From Eledone cirrhosa (lineage: Eukaryota), in NCBI GenBank assembly GCA_964016885.1, contig OZ024743.1, forward strand, positions 290,346,001 to 290,410,000: a DNA stretch of 64,000 nt, written 5' to 3'. How positions within the stretch are numbered: the first letter of the stretch is position 1; the number at the start of each line of letters is the position of its first letter. Under the pieces are notes generated by a model. That model saw nothing but the letters and a program-made list of their open reading frames with translations, had not been told where the DNA came from and did not search any database. Positions 27,026-39,464 of this stretch are shown here, one piece after another. Position numbers and translations under genes: made by a program.

Positions 27026-28415
27026 TTGATTCTACGAAGAAGATGTTCCTAATGTCCTTTTACATCGATATCCTTCGCCTCTCGCCTTAGATGCTGTTGT
27101 TGCCGTTCTATGAGTGGTCAAGAATTGTACACGTCATCGATATTTCTAGCCACTCATGGTTGTCCACTCTTTGGTTCATTTCATTCTACACCTGTCAATC
27201 AAATTTGTTTCTTAGGTCGGAATTACTACTGTAGTAGGTAAGGGGTTGTATGCTTGAACACCTGGCGGCCCTTCGACATCTTCACTGTCTTTAGGCGCCT
27301 TCGTCTACACCGATCGCGTCCACACCCGCAACTGTATTGTATGCGACGATCACCCTAAATAATGCTTGGAGGGAATTTTTAAAACAAATTAGAAAAATAT
27401 TAGAAACATATTTAGCATAATGTTTCAAGAACACAGCCTCAGAATACCTTAAGACATACATATTTCAAAAAGAAAAAAACGCTGTACAAAATGGTTTTTA
27501 AATGAATGCTTGGAACAGCCTTTCTAAAAAGGTTATTTCAAAGGTCTTTTTGATAAATATACACATATCTACACTCACACACTGTACTCAGGAAGCGTGT
27601 ATAGTTAAGACGCTGCACATATATACACAGATGAAAAAAAAAAAAGAAAGATCTACACATAAGCATTCATACCCTCACATAGACATGTTAATTACAATTA
27701 CATCCACACAGACATGTGCACACACGTGCGCATGCATATTTGCCTGGGCGCATATACATACATGCACCGGCGTATGTTCATATCGAGGGCGCATACTTGA
27801 TGAATACCTCCCTCTCCGTACACACACGCGCAGCTGTGCGCATGGTGCATATAGAGTTATATGGGACAACGTTCTTGAGGCTAGGACCCAACCCGATCCA
27901 GTGGCGAGTTAAGCCCGAAAGTGCATGCGCAACATGCATAAATGTTATAGCCACATAGTATCCTTGCACTAATCACATACAACTTGGGTGGCATATATAT
28001 ATATATAAATGCCTGTATGTACATAGAATAAAATAATATTAAATAATTTAGTATAAAATGAAATAAAATAAAATACTGGAAAAAGGAATGTATACATGAC
28101 AAGAATGCAGAGGATGCCGGACATTTTTGGGGTGTGCGTAAAGTTGCATAAAATACTTTAGAGCTGTGGTGCATATGGTTGTATAATATACATGGGGACT
28201 GGTGATCTAAGGTACTGGGTTAGATTCTGCACATGATGCAGGTTTCATGGCTGGTGGACACATGGGGAACTTGGGTGCGTACACAAACAAATTATATATA
28301 TTGTGGATGTGTAGAACATCCATTTCATAATAGTATATATGAGATTTACATGTAGTGGATGTATAGAGTGTGTGTTTCATAACAGTATATATGAAATGTA
28401 CGTGGAATGTATGCA

Positions 28416-28538
28416 TGATTGGAATGTGCCAGCGGCAGAGTTAAAATTAAAATTAACTGCGACATTAACCTTAAGATGATTGGAATGTGCCAGCAGGCAG
28501 AGTTAAAATTAAAATTAACTGCGACATTAACCTTAAGA
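28416..28538. repeat. Tandem duplication, 2 x ~61 bp, in the PLE 3' region
   Basis: tgattggaatgtgccagc(a)ggcagagttaaaattaaaattaactgcgacattaaccttaaga twice. Confidence 0.95.
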
Positions 28539-28889
28539 CCAGCATCAGGATCGGCATCTAAGTAGCAAATTAAACACAACGAAACTAAGATTGAAAATCA
28601 AAGATTGGAAATAAAAAAAAATGGGAATTTAAAACCACAGATAGGGTTGTAGACCAAATCAGACTTATAGTGAGTCGGCGTCCGCAAATTGGTGTGGTGG
28701 TGCTATCCAGGGTACGTTACGAGGTAGGCATCTCTGGGTCTGTCGTTGATATCAGCTTGTTCCGACATGCATTCATAGGTATGCTGTGTTATATATCGTG
28801 GTCCGCTGCATGCGCCCCACCTGGTATTGTGATGGCGGTAGTGCCTTAGGTAGACCCATCCGGTATCACTAAAGCGGAGAGAGTGCATT

Positions 28890-31546
28890 TACGTTGGTGT
28901 CTGCAGGCCATGATGATTTCAGATTTGAGGTTGACTGCCTCGCCCTTAAGTTTTACTATCTCCATAGCCTCGGACAGACATAATATGCACTTCCTCTCCC
29001 CGGCCGAGTACGCATTCGCTCGCTGTACAATACTCCAGCTGAGGTCAAATTCTATGCCAATGTCTTAGTCCCCATACTAAGTCCGCCAGTCTGGTGGAGT
29101 GTCTCTTGTTCCTGTCCTTGAACGAGTTCTTGTTGTTGTAATTCCTCGATTTAAAAGTCGTGGATGTAGCTCCAATGTATGTGTGCCTATCGTTGTGCGT
29201 GGTAACCACACATCTGTAGAGAACGCACTTAGTCAGGCACATTCCCTGCAGAGGGCACTACTCTCCAGCACGGCAGTTACAGGTCCGTGCATCATTATTG
29301 TAATTCCCCTTATGTGGGCATGGCGTCTTATTTGTGTTCTCCCCGGTCCTCAAGAGTGGTGAACTCAGTGTTCACCACCAGCTTGATTCTGTTGGCAAGT
29401 GTGGGGTCCTCCGCGGCCACAGCTCTGCCCCAGGCGCATCTCCAGAACCAACATCCACTTACGGGTGCTCTCCCCTCAGACCCCCCCCCCACCATAGTGT
29501 CTGGGGCATGATCGGTTTGTCGGTGGGGTCCCTCAATTTCAACGCGTTGGCCTTGCCAGGTAGTCTGCCATGTTGTGTTCCGTGGAAAATGAGAACTTCA
29601 CGGTGTGCCGGTTGAATATTTTGTGGTACCTGTGTGAAGTCGGGAAACACTCGTCCGATGCCCTAAAGAAGAGACCTGGCACGTTAGTGCGTACATGCTT
29701 CGAGTATGGTGCACTGAACCATGTTATGTTTCTAGGTGGGTTTCTATTTCGTCGTCTGCTACTAGTAGTGTCTGCATTGTCATGTTACTCCCTCGGGTTA
29801 CGCCTTACTCCTATTTGAACCCCTGTTTTATCACTAAGCTTAGAACTATTACTTAAGTCTGTGGAAAGGTATTCACTCACTATGTTGTTCTGGACACGTT
29901 TACTAGCCCTAGTTCTCGTCCTCGTCCTGCTACCTGAGTATCCTGCCGTATCATTGTTGGTATTCTTAATCTTGGTGTTTTCCCTATCGTGTTCAGAGTT
30001 CCGTGCTGCGCTATCTACTTCACTATGTTTGGTTTCCCTGTCCTGGTCTGGGTTGTTACTACAGCGCAGTCCGTATGTGCTAGGGTCCATAGGATTCCCG
30101 TGCACCCTCATTTGTCTATGTGTTGTGCTGCCATCACTGTTGTGTGTAATACTCCTATCTATATCGTTATATGTGTGCTTACGGGTAGAATGTCTGCCTA
30201 TTTTATTACTAATGGTATCCTGGTGTTTGCCTTCCTCGCTATGGGGCCGGCCCTTGTCTGGGGTGTACACTATGGCTTCTGTGTAACCGGCCCTTCCCAG
30301 TGACTCGTTGTAGTAGTAGGCGTGCTGATTGAACACTTCCGCGTTGGCGGACATTATGGATACGCGGGTGGATACCCCCTTTACTATAGCATCTATAACT
30401 GACTTGGGGTGGTTTGAGTACCGGTTTACGTACTGTAGGTTCTCGTTGGGCTTGTGATATGGTCGGTATAATCCTGTATCCAGTTCTAAGGATATGTCTA
30501 GGAAGTTTACTGTTATAGTGCTATTTTCTATTAGCACGGATACGCCGTGCTGCTTGAAGAAATATGAGATGGAGTAGATACATTCCCACCAGATCCGTTA
30601 CACGCTCGAGCCCATGGTGATGTCAAAACTGTCGGGTCTGTCTCTACTTTCCATAGTCTACCGTCAAACCTAATGAGCGTCCTTCTAGCAGTTATAATGA
30701 TGTCCACTTCTCGTGTAGTTAGGTTGGAGCTGGCCATAGCGCTCATGAGGGCCTTGTTTACAATTACTGGTGAGATGGAAGCGTAGTAATTTGCTATGTC
30801 CAGCTGCACAAAGTCCATTTGCTGTTTGTTGGGCAGCGCTGAAAACCAGTCGAGTACCTCCTTAGTGGAAGTCCATAAGCTAAGTCTATTTCTATTCATA
30901 AGCGCGGGCAGTATCCTATCTATTATATTCTTGCTGGCCCTACCTAGGTCTGACTTGGAGGGTGCAATTAGTCTAACCTAGAGGTTAGTTTTAAAGTCTA
31001 ATTTATGATCCTTGATAGAAATCCCCGGTTTCTAGGTACGTACTGTTCTGTCCTGTCTGCTACTTCTAGTCCCGTCATAAATTTTTTGGTCGTCTTGTTG
31101 ATTCTGTCAAGGTTGTCCTGTCCCGTAATCCTATAAATGTTCTTAATCTCTTTCTCAATACATTTTCCGTAGGTTCTGTGGTTCATCTTGTAAATGTTAC
31201 CCGTCTGATCCGAAGGTACAAGTAAGTCCGGGAAACTCTCCATGCTTTTAATGTTGGAGCTGAGCTCCTTCAGGCACTCGTTTCGGCGTTCTGCTTTCCT
31301 GTTGAATTTTATGTTCCTTACGATGCTTTCTAGGCGGTTTTCAAACACTTCCAGTGCTCCGTTATGCGGGGGGTGTCGTCTGGACTTGAAAATCCTCCTA
31401 AGGCGGTCGCGAGTGAAGTCCAGTGTCTGTTGTCTATTACTGTTGTCGTAGTGGAAGGCGCGCCATCTCATGCGCATGACAAAGGAGTTGGTATGGTGGA
31501 TGTGTAAACGAAGGTAGGTGTTGTCCGAAGGGATCGGGATGAGCAA
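28890..31546 (-). pseudogene. PLE reverse transcriptase + GIY-YIG endonuclease ORF (frameshifts and stops)
   Basis: IPIPS..RMRWRAF, QLDIANYYASIS, NFLDISLEL..YRPYHKPN..SNHP, RNITWFSAPYS, CNCRAGE*CPLQGMCL..VLY..YIGATSTTFKSR, CILCLSE, IMACRH. Confidence 0.9.
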
Positions 31547-31895
31547 GAATACTGTAATCTCTTCATGGCAATTCGCTTAAATCGCTCGACTTGGGGAGGA
31601 GCAAAATAATTGGTGTTGGATGCTTAAAGCGTCCGTATGCGGTAGGCCGTATGAGAAATCGATGCTCTCATAGAGCAGAGTATGATATCACAGAAAAAAA
31701 GAGAATCAGTGTTGCGTCGAATGGAATTTATTGGACATATTATATTCGTCTCTGTGGCGACCAGTTCGAGGCACTATCGATGTGATGATCCTACCAGACT
31801 CTAAAAATCGCCAGTTCCTCAGACACGTCTTGATTCTGATAAGCAGATTTTCCTATGTCCTTTATATATATATATATCCTATATATCCTATATAT

Positions 31896-31976
<81 letters not shown>

Positions 31977-32088
31977 GTTGAAAAAAATGAAAACGAAATT
32001 TCATTTCTCACTCTTAGTATGGCACTTACTTAAATGTAAGTATGTATGTATACGTGCATACATATATGTATACAGACGTACAGTAGCA

Positions 32089-32224
<136 letters not shown>

Positions 32225-32374
32225 CATGTACACATACATATATGCACGCATCAGTTTAGCGGACGCTTATTATAACGCCGATTTGTTCGTTTGTAAACAA
32301 ACTGAACAGCCTGAATTTATGCCATACGGTGTTAAGGCAACCACGTCACATTTTTGTTCAACACTGACACAGGA

Positions 32375-32417
32375 ACGATGTACTAGTTTCAAGCTTGTTA
32401 GCTATCATCAGCACCGT
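32375..32417 (-). ncRNA. Minimal type-I hammerhead ribozyme
   Basis: acggtg-CTGATGA-t-agct-aaca-agct-t-GAAA-CTAG-TA-catcgt. Confidence 0.8.
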
Positions 32418-32705
32418 ATACCCATCTGCCAGATAGTTGAACGTTCGAAAGTATATACTTTCCTTATGAAAATTAACGGCTGAGCAGCCTAATTTGCATT
32501 TTGAGTGAGTTAAATCGGTCAGGCATACCGAAAACGATAAGTTGAAAAAAATGAAAACGAAATTTCATTTCTCACTCTTAGTATGGCACTTACTTAAATG
32601 TAAGTATGTATGTATACGTACATACATATATGTATACAGACGTATATGCATGCTACTGTACGTAGTATATACTTTCGAACGTTCAACTATCTGGCAGATG
32701 GGTAT

Positions 32706-32748
32706 ACGGTGCTGATGATAGCTAACAAGCTTGAAACTAGTACATCGT
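32706..32748 (+). ncRNA. Minimal type-I hammerhead ribozyme
   Basis: Identical to 32375-32417; 6-bp stem I, palindromic ACTAGT stem III, GUA site. Confidence 0.8.
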
Positions 32749-32904
32749 TCCTGTGTCAGTGTTAAACAAAAAGGTTACGTGGTTGCCTTAACACCGTATG
32801 GCATAAATTCAGGCTGTTCAGTTTGTTTACAAACGAACAAAGCGGCGTTATAATAAGCGTCCGCTAAACTGATGCGTGCATATATGTATGTGTACCTGTA
32901 TGTA

Positions 32905-32978
<74 letters not shown>

Positions 32979-33062
32979 TGCTACTGTACATCTGTATACA
33001 TATATGTATGTACGTATACATACATACTTACATATATATATATATATGTATATATGTATATA

Positions 33063-33186
<124 letters not shown>

Positions 33187-33399
33187 TACCAGATGTACTA
33201 GGTGCTGAGAGTGTTAAAGAAAATAATTCAAAACATATTCTGGGTTATAGTTGAATCTTCTAACATAGATATTAGATGTTTCTTGTATGCATCATATGGT
33301 GGACTTGCAATATGATTTCATAACATGTTTTTTTTTTGTTTTTTTTTGTATTCCTTTCATATTTTATCTGTGCTTGAGTTTCCATATACCTATTTGAAT

Positions 33400-34270
33400 A
33401 CAGTTGTAAATAGTTTAGTTCTTCTTATGAAAGTAGCAGAAGTGCTCTAATTCTATGGAACTTGAAAATAAGCCACCTTCATGGATGACATTTGAACCAA
33501 ATGATATCATTTGGTAATGCATTATTGTACTTTTGGATATTTGAAAGAAAAATTCTCGACTCAGTAGTTGTACCAAGCAACAGTCCTCTCAAGTGTTGTG
33601 GTGGTTTAGGTAATAGTTTCAAATTCATTTTTCCATTAAAACAGCAAAATCCAGGTGATTCTCCATTCAATCTATTAGCGCTACAATTTGGACAAGTATT
33701 GCTCATTGAGTAAATTTGAATTAAAAAGTCTGAGGCACAGACTTGGTGGGGTTTCTAACTAAAAGCAGCAAAGTTACACTCGGCAACATTGTTAAATCGT
33801 AGATCTTCGGTTCATGATCTCTGTCCACTTAGCCTTTGAGTTGTTTGAGCTTCAGTTACTTCTTGTCGACTTTGTTTTGCTCTGTTTTCTCCATTTGTTG
33901 TATTGGTGGGTTTCATACATCTGACTCCTCTTGACAAATTGTGGCTTTCATTGTCCTATCTTCAGCAAGACTTTCTGATCTTTGTTCATCTGATTCATCC
34001 TGCCTATTCTGTGCTATTCTTATTATTTTTTGTTGAAGCCTGGATAGTCCATGTGCATCTGATTCTTCATTTCTATTCTGCGCTGTGGCTTTGTACATCG
34101 ATTTCCTCTTGACGAATAGTTGCCTTCATTGTCCTATCATCAGCAAGCATTTCTGATCTTTGTTTTTCTGATTCCTTTTGCTTTTATTTCGCTGTTGTTA
34201 TTCTTTGTTTTTCGAGTTATTCTTATCGCTGCTCGTCATTTTCATTCTTACTTTGTCAAAGTTCTATGAG
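33400..34270 (-). pseudogene. Helitron RepHel N-terminal fragment
   Basis: CPNCSANRLNGESPGFCCFNGK..PKPPQHL..SRIFLSNIQKYNNAL is the typical Helitron N-terminal Cys motif; upstream charged repeats (RQDESDEQRSESLAEDR). Confidence 0.8.
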
Positions 34271-34961
34271 AGTATTATTTTTGACCGTCGGTCAGTCAAT
34301 GGCAACATTGAGGACCGAGTAAGTTAGATTACAGATATAAAAGACAGCGAGAAGCGAAAACCAACCAAACAGTGAGTGTGTTCTGTTATTAATTCTGGCA
34401 ATATTACACAAATATGACCCTCCCCAAGTATAACAATATTTGTTTCGACACACGATTTCATATAAAAAACCACGCTAAACTATATATATATATATATATA
34501 TATGCAGCACCAAAGCAATTGTATATGAGGCCAAAGAGGCCAAAGTGACAACCACCAGCAACAACCTACCAGCCACCAGCGAAAGATAAGTGGGTATGAC
34601 ACGAGACAAATTCGAAACGCTTATTACTCACATTTGATTCACTTACTTTATATCTTAACATTTTAACATATTTTACTTCCCCTTTTCTTTCACTACCTGA
34701 TATCACATGTCACTTGTGTTTTAACTCCAGATATTTTCCGTTGTCACTCAGCCGCTTTTATGTATGTTTACTTGCGTATATTTTGTACCCATTTATTCAT
34801 GCGGCTGGTTTTTATATATGTATCTATGCGTATGTGTGCACATATGTGTATACATGTTTGTATATGTATACGAACGCATTCGTATGTGTGCGTGTATGTG
34901 TAAATGTGTGTGTGTATGTGCGCCTTTACGTCTACGTGTTTTTTACATGTATATTTATATA

Positions 34962-35002
<41 letters not shown>

Positions 35003-35812
35003 TCGCGTGCGTGCGTGTGATTAGATGTACATGTATGTATATATATGTGTATCGTGTACCTGTATGCGTGTTTATGTATGTATGCCTTTGTGCATGTGTT
35101 TTTGTCTGTACGTATATATACATTTATATATATATGTGTGTGTATCAGCTTGTTCGCATATATGCATGTTTTATACTTTTTATTTATTTTTTTTTCTAGT
35201 GTTACTTTATATATTATAACCCCTCCCACTTACTTTCTCTTTGCCTTAATTTTTTTGTTCTTATCTTATATATTATTTCATAATTTATCATATTTTATAA
35301 TTTTATATTTGTATTTTTTATATTTGTATTTTTTATATTTTTATATTTTTATTTGTCTGACACTGCTTTGACTGTATATACTCCCTTCTCTGTATATATC
35401 ACATACATGTATGTGGTTGCGCGTGTGTGTATGTTTATACGCGTGCGACCTTCATCCTTGTATGTGTATATATTTCAACCCTTAGTCTCTGAGTCAGTAT
35501 GACGCTAACTCCATTATCTTACAATTCCTTTTTCAACATATATATACATATTTGCGGTCACACATACACTAATATGTTTGCCCTCATGTATGTACTTACG
35601 CACACATTTTTTCCCTATACACATGCATTTGTACATACACACCCATGTACATTTGTAAGTGCATATACACACATTTATACACATCCCCTTACTATATTTC
35701 TTTATTTTTATTTTTTATATATCTCTTGTATTAATTTTATTTATTTTTTTGCCCGTTAAACTTTTGCCTTTCTTGAGGAGATTTTTTAAATATTTCACTA
35801 TGTTTTAAATTG

Positions 35813-35880
35813 CTTTGTCTGATGAACGAATGCGGACGTTTCTTGTATTCGTCTTATTCGGGAAACATCTGGTCATGAGG
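35813..35880 (+). ncRNA. Hammerhead-like motif
   Basis: ctttgt-CTGATGA-a-cgaat..gacg..cgtc..attcg-g-GAAA-catctg-GTC-atgagg; wobble-rich stem I. Confidence 0.55.
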
Positions 35881-35998
35881 TTATTATACTGTATTGTTTA
35901 TTATACATTAAATATTTAGCACTGTAACTTACATAGAGCACTCTTCACTCCTCTGACCTTTTCAATTTTCAACGGAAACTTCAATACACACACCCACG

Positions 35999-36055
<57 letters not shown>

Positions 36056-36149
36056 TAGAAATATAAGCTCTCACCGTACTTTTGACTAAATCAATTTTTA
36101 GCCTGATAGTAGGGTTTAGAACCCTCAGATAAATAGAAAAAATGAGTAT

Positions 36150-36220
36150 TGACGTATATGGGAGTCGAACCCACATCTTTGGTTATCCAGACCACTGTGC
36201 TACCATTACACCAACACATC
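36150..36220 (-). tRNA. tRNA-like cloverleaf (nominal anticodon GGA); likely pseudogene or repeat-borne
   Basis: Acceptor GATGTGT/ATACGTC, D arm GTGT-AATGGTA-GCAC, anticodon arm TGGT-CTGGATA-ACCA, T arm GTGGG-TTCGACT-CCCAT; T6 run ~7 nt downstream. Confidence 0.6.
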
Positions 36221-36324
36221 ACTCATCTCCTTCCATTCAAATTAGAAGCTACATTTTTAGCAAGTAAATGGCAAGTATGTATGTTTAGAAACAGTGAGCG
36301 AGTTTGAAATTAGAAATATAAGCT

Positions 36325-37610
36325 TTTGTGATTGCCGGCGATTGAGACGAGTGAAGTCATCCGTCTGTGTCGATGATGGCCTGTCGTGAAATAAAGCTGT
36401 CAGCTTTAATTGAGGAGAGAACCCTTCAATCTCGGCACGTGTGCGGAACTCGTCGCATGTAGATGTGGTTGGTTTAAAACGCAAACCACAGCTGAAGATG
36501 GAGCACTCGGCTTCGGAGAGTGGTTGTTCCTGGGGTATGGTGACTACAGTGCAGTGACGTGAGGGAGTGAAAGAGGCGGAGGCGGAGCGGTTAATGTGGT
36601 TGGCCAAAGTGTGTGCATATTCAGTGTTGGGGATAGGAAAGGGGGTGGTAGGTGACGGGATAGAGAGGTTAGCGTTGGAGGTGATATGAGTATGGGTGGG
36701 GACAGTAGGCGGGGAGCGGAGAGGGGCGAGTTTGTGGTTTTTTATGGAAGTGAGAAAATTGAAAATAGGCGATTGAATTAAAGGATGAATTGGATAAGAG
36801 TTTGGGCGAGGAAAGGGTGGCAAGTGGTGGAGAGATGGAGGTAGGCCCTGAGGAGATCTCGGTCGAGATAACGGTTTTAGGCGAGAGTTTATCGAATGGT
36901 CACCCGTATGAGCTGGCGAGAAGAGCGGGTAAGGATGGGCTCAGTGGTGGGAGCAGAGTAAGAGGTGCGGTGGAACTTGAGGCGGAAACCGCGGGGAATG
37001 AGGTGGTGGTGGAGACAGTGCCTTAAACATGTGATGTCACTGTTGTATCGTGTTTTGGTGAAGATGAGGTTGGAGAGATGCAAGGAGGATTGAATGCATA
37101 TAGAGGGAGAAGTTGGATGAAGCGCTTGAGATTAGAATGGAGCTGGCGGAGAACAGATTTGTGATTGGGCATATTGAAGGTACTAAGTTGGGAGTGAAAA
37201 CTAGACGGGTGAGAAAAAGATGGTAATGTAATAAGATTGTAATAGAGGAAAAGTGGTGGAGAGTCGTGGAATATTTAAATGCAAGAAGCAAAGAAAATTT
37301 CAATGATACGAAAGATTCCTGGTGAAAGTTCAGGTGTACTCCGGGTTAGTATCCAGTTTTGGGGTGAACATCGAATTAGAAAATGTTGAGAGGTCCACAT
37401 AAGCGTTGATATATATATATGTAAAAGGTAAACAGAAATAACAACACAATTGGTAAAAAGAATTGGGAAAAAAGGTACAGATATATGGAACAGAAATAAC
37501 AACACAATTGGTACAGTATATGGAAGGGATATATTACGTTAACGCTCAATATAGCAGCAAGAGGATCTTAACGTCTCGGACATTAGTCCTTCATCATTTA
37601 GATAAAAATA
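36325..37610 (-). mobile_element. 5' portion of another PLE (N-terminal ORF fragment, degenerate hammerhead at ~37563-37605)
   Basis: CLRHCLHHHLIPRGFRLKF and VVTIPQEQPLSEAECSIFSCGLRFKP..DEF resemble PLE N-termini; upstream atct..TGATGA-a-ggac-taat-gtcc-GAGA-cg-TTA-agat. Confidence 0.7.
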
Positions 37611-38442
37611 ACAGGTCCATTCATGCTGGCGTTTTGTGTATGATTTATTTTTTAGAAAAGTGGATGATGGAGCGCGTCTACCTGAAATGGAAAAAACCGT
37701 TTTGTAAAACCCGAATGAATAATGTTCTTTAACAGTGGGCATATAAAAAGAATATTATTTACATTTTCACCACCAGTGTGTCGATAAATATGAAACAATG
37801 ACAATTTAATGCGTTTGAAAAGTGTAAGATTTGTGTTATATGAGATCATGATCGGAAATGTAAAATCTTAAACTGTCTCACATTCATACCTAGTAACGAT
37901 ACGCCGTGAGATAACCTATACCTAATATCCTTATACAATAATATACTTTGAGTGCTTATGCTTGACTAGAGCTTAAATCAACCAACATGGATTATTGAAC
38001 TTAAAATATATATAGATAGGTAAGTTTCAATTTTAAACCTTGCATTTGTATTCCGTGGACATATTATTACGCCAGAAAAAAAGATTAGCAATTTGAAAAC
38101 TATGCTTCATTCGGTTCATCGGAATCATTAATATGCATTTCACGCATTGACCACTAAATACCATGCAGTTCTTACAATTTACATTTTCGTTTAATAAAAT
38201 TGAAGATCTTTTTGTTTGATGTCATAATTCTCAAACAATTACAGCTGTTCCAGGTTTTCCCCATGCTAGCGCCCACACTACTACGGTGATTTTATGGATT
38301 TCGATCACTAGTGGCTATATATTAATTGGTATATATGAAATATGACGGAATGTGTTGCGTTACACATGTATATATCTAAATGACGCATCAACACACACAA
38401 ATACTCGCATTTGGACGCATATTTATATATAACTTCTACATA

Positions 38443-39111
38443 TATATATTAATAAATGGAAACTATATTTATAAAACCATAATTATTTTATTATATATAT
38501 TTCAAGGGCAACCAAGGCAAATTCTGGTGCGCTTTGATCAGATAAAATACAAAATTTGTTTTATAAATGTTGACATACCCGCAGAAAAACAACCTTGACG
38601 GTTGGAGGTTCGCTGGATAGTGGAAAAATGGTTTATTTAGGGTAATTCAAAGTTATGTGTGAGTATGCAAATGAATGTCAGAAAGAGTTGAAAACACAAG
38701 GGTCTATTTAAATTACACTGTTGGAAGAAGAGAGAGAAAAAAAGAGAGAGAGAGAAAAAGAGAAAGAAAAAGATAGAAGAAAAAAATAGAAAGAAAAAAT
38801 AGAAAGAAAAAGAGAGAAGAAAGAAGAAAAAAAATTATAATTTAAATAAACCGCTGTTTTTTCAACTCTTTCTGACATTCATTTGCATACTGACACATAA
38901 CATTGAATTACCCTAAATAAAACAAATTTTCCACTATCCAGCGCACCTCCAACCGTCAAGGTTGTTTTTTTTTGCGGGTATGTCAACATTTGTAAAACAA
39001 ATTTTGTATTTTATCTGATGAAAGCGCACAAGAATTTGCCTTGGTTGCCCTTGAAATATATATAATAACATAATTATGGTTTTATAAATATAGTTTCCAT
39101 TTATTAATATA
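38443..39111. mobile_element. ORF-less foldback element (arms ~38443-38693 / 38856-39111) carrying two hammerhead motifs
   Basis: ~250 bp inverted arms with few mismatches; purine-rich spacer; TA-rich ends. Confidence 0.85.
39009..39068 (+). ncRNA. Type-I hammerhead motif; mutated partner (CTGATCA) on minus at 38486-38547
   Basis: ttat-CTGATGA-aagcgca..tgccctt-GAAA-TATATA-TA-ataa. Confidence 0.65.
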
Positions 39112-39212
39112 TTGAATATTTACTCCAGTAAACTGATGATTGCTTTATATCAGTTATAACATTTTAAGCTTGTTGAATCCCAACAAAATTAAATATAACT
39201 TTTGCATATATG

Positions 39213-39283
<71 letters not shown>

Positions 39284-39285
39284 GT

Positions 39286-39333
<48 letters not shown>

Positions 39334-39371
39334 AGGTGTGTATTCATATCTACATACATATAGATACGTAC

Positions 39372-39464
<93 letters not shown>

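Larger units (their letters stand above)
26881..31860 (-). mobile_element. Near full-length decayed PLE (Naiad-like, CxCx5C linker) with direct pseudo-LTRs
   Basis: pLTR copies ~26881-27057 and ~31611-31860; ORF remnants from 31546 to ~28890; (TA)n on both flanks. Confidence 0.9.

Noticed and set aside
28890-29290. Selenoprotein-type Naiad (UGA at conserved Cys)
   Set aside because: Conserved Cys codons read here and at 47720-48135 are TGT/TGC; the in-frame stop is TAG at a non-Cys position.
34591-34632. Further hammerhead-like remnants (also ~6181, ~46735, ~48905)
   Set aside because: Catalytic core too damaged to distinguish from chance.
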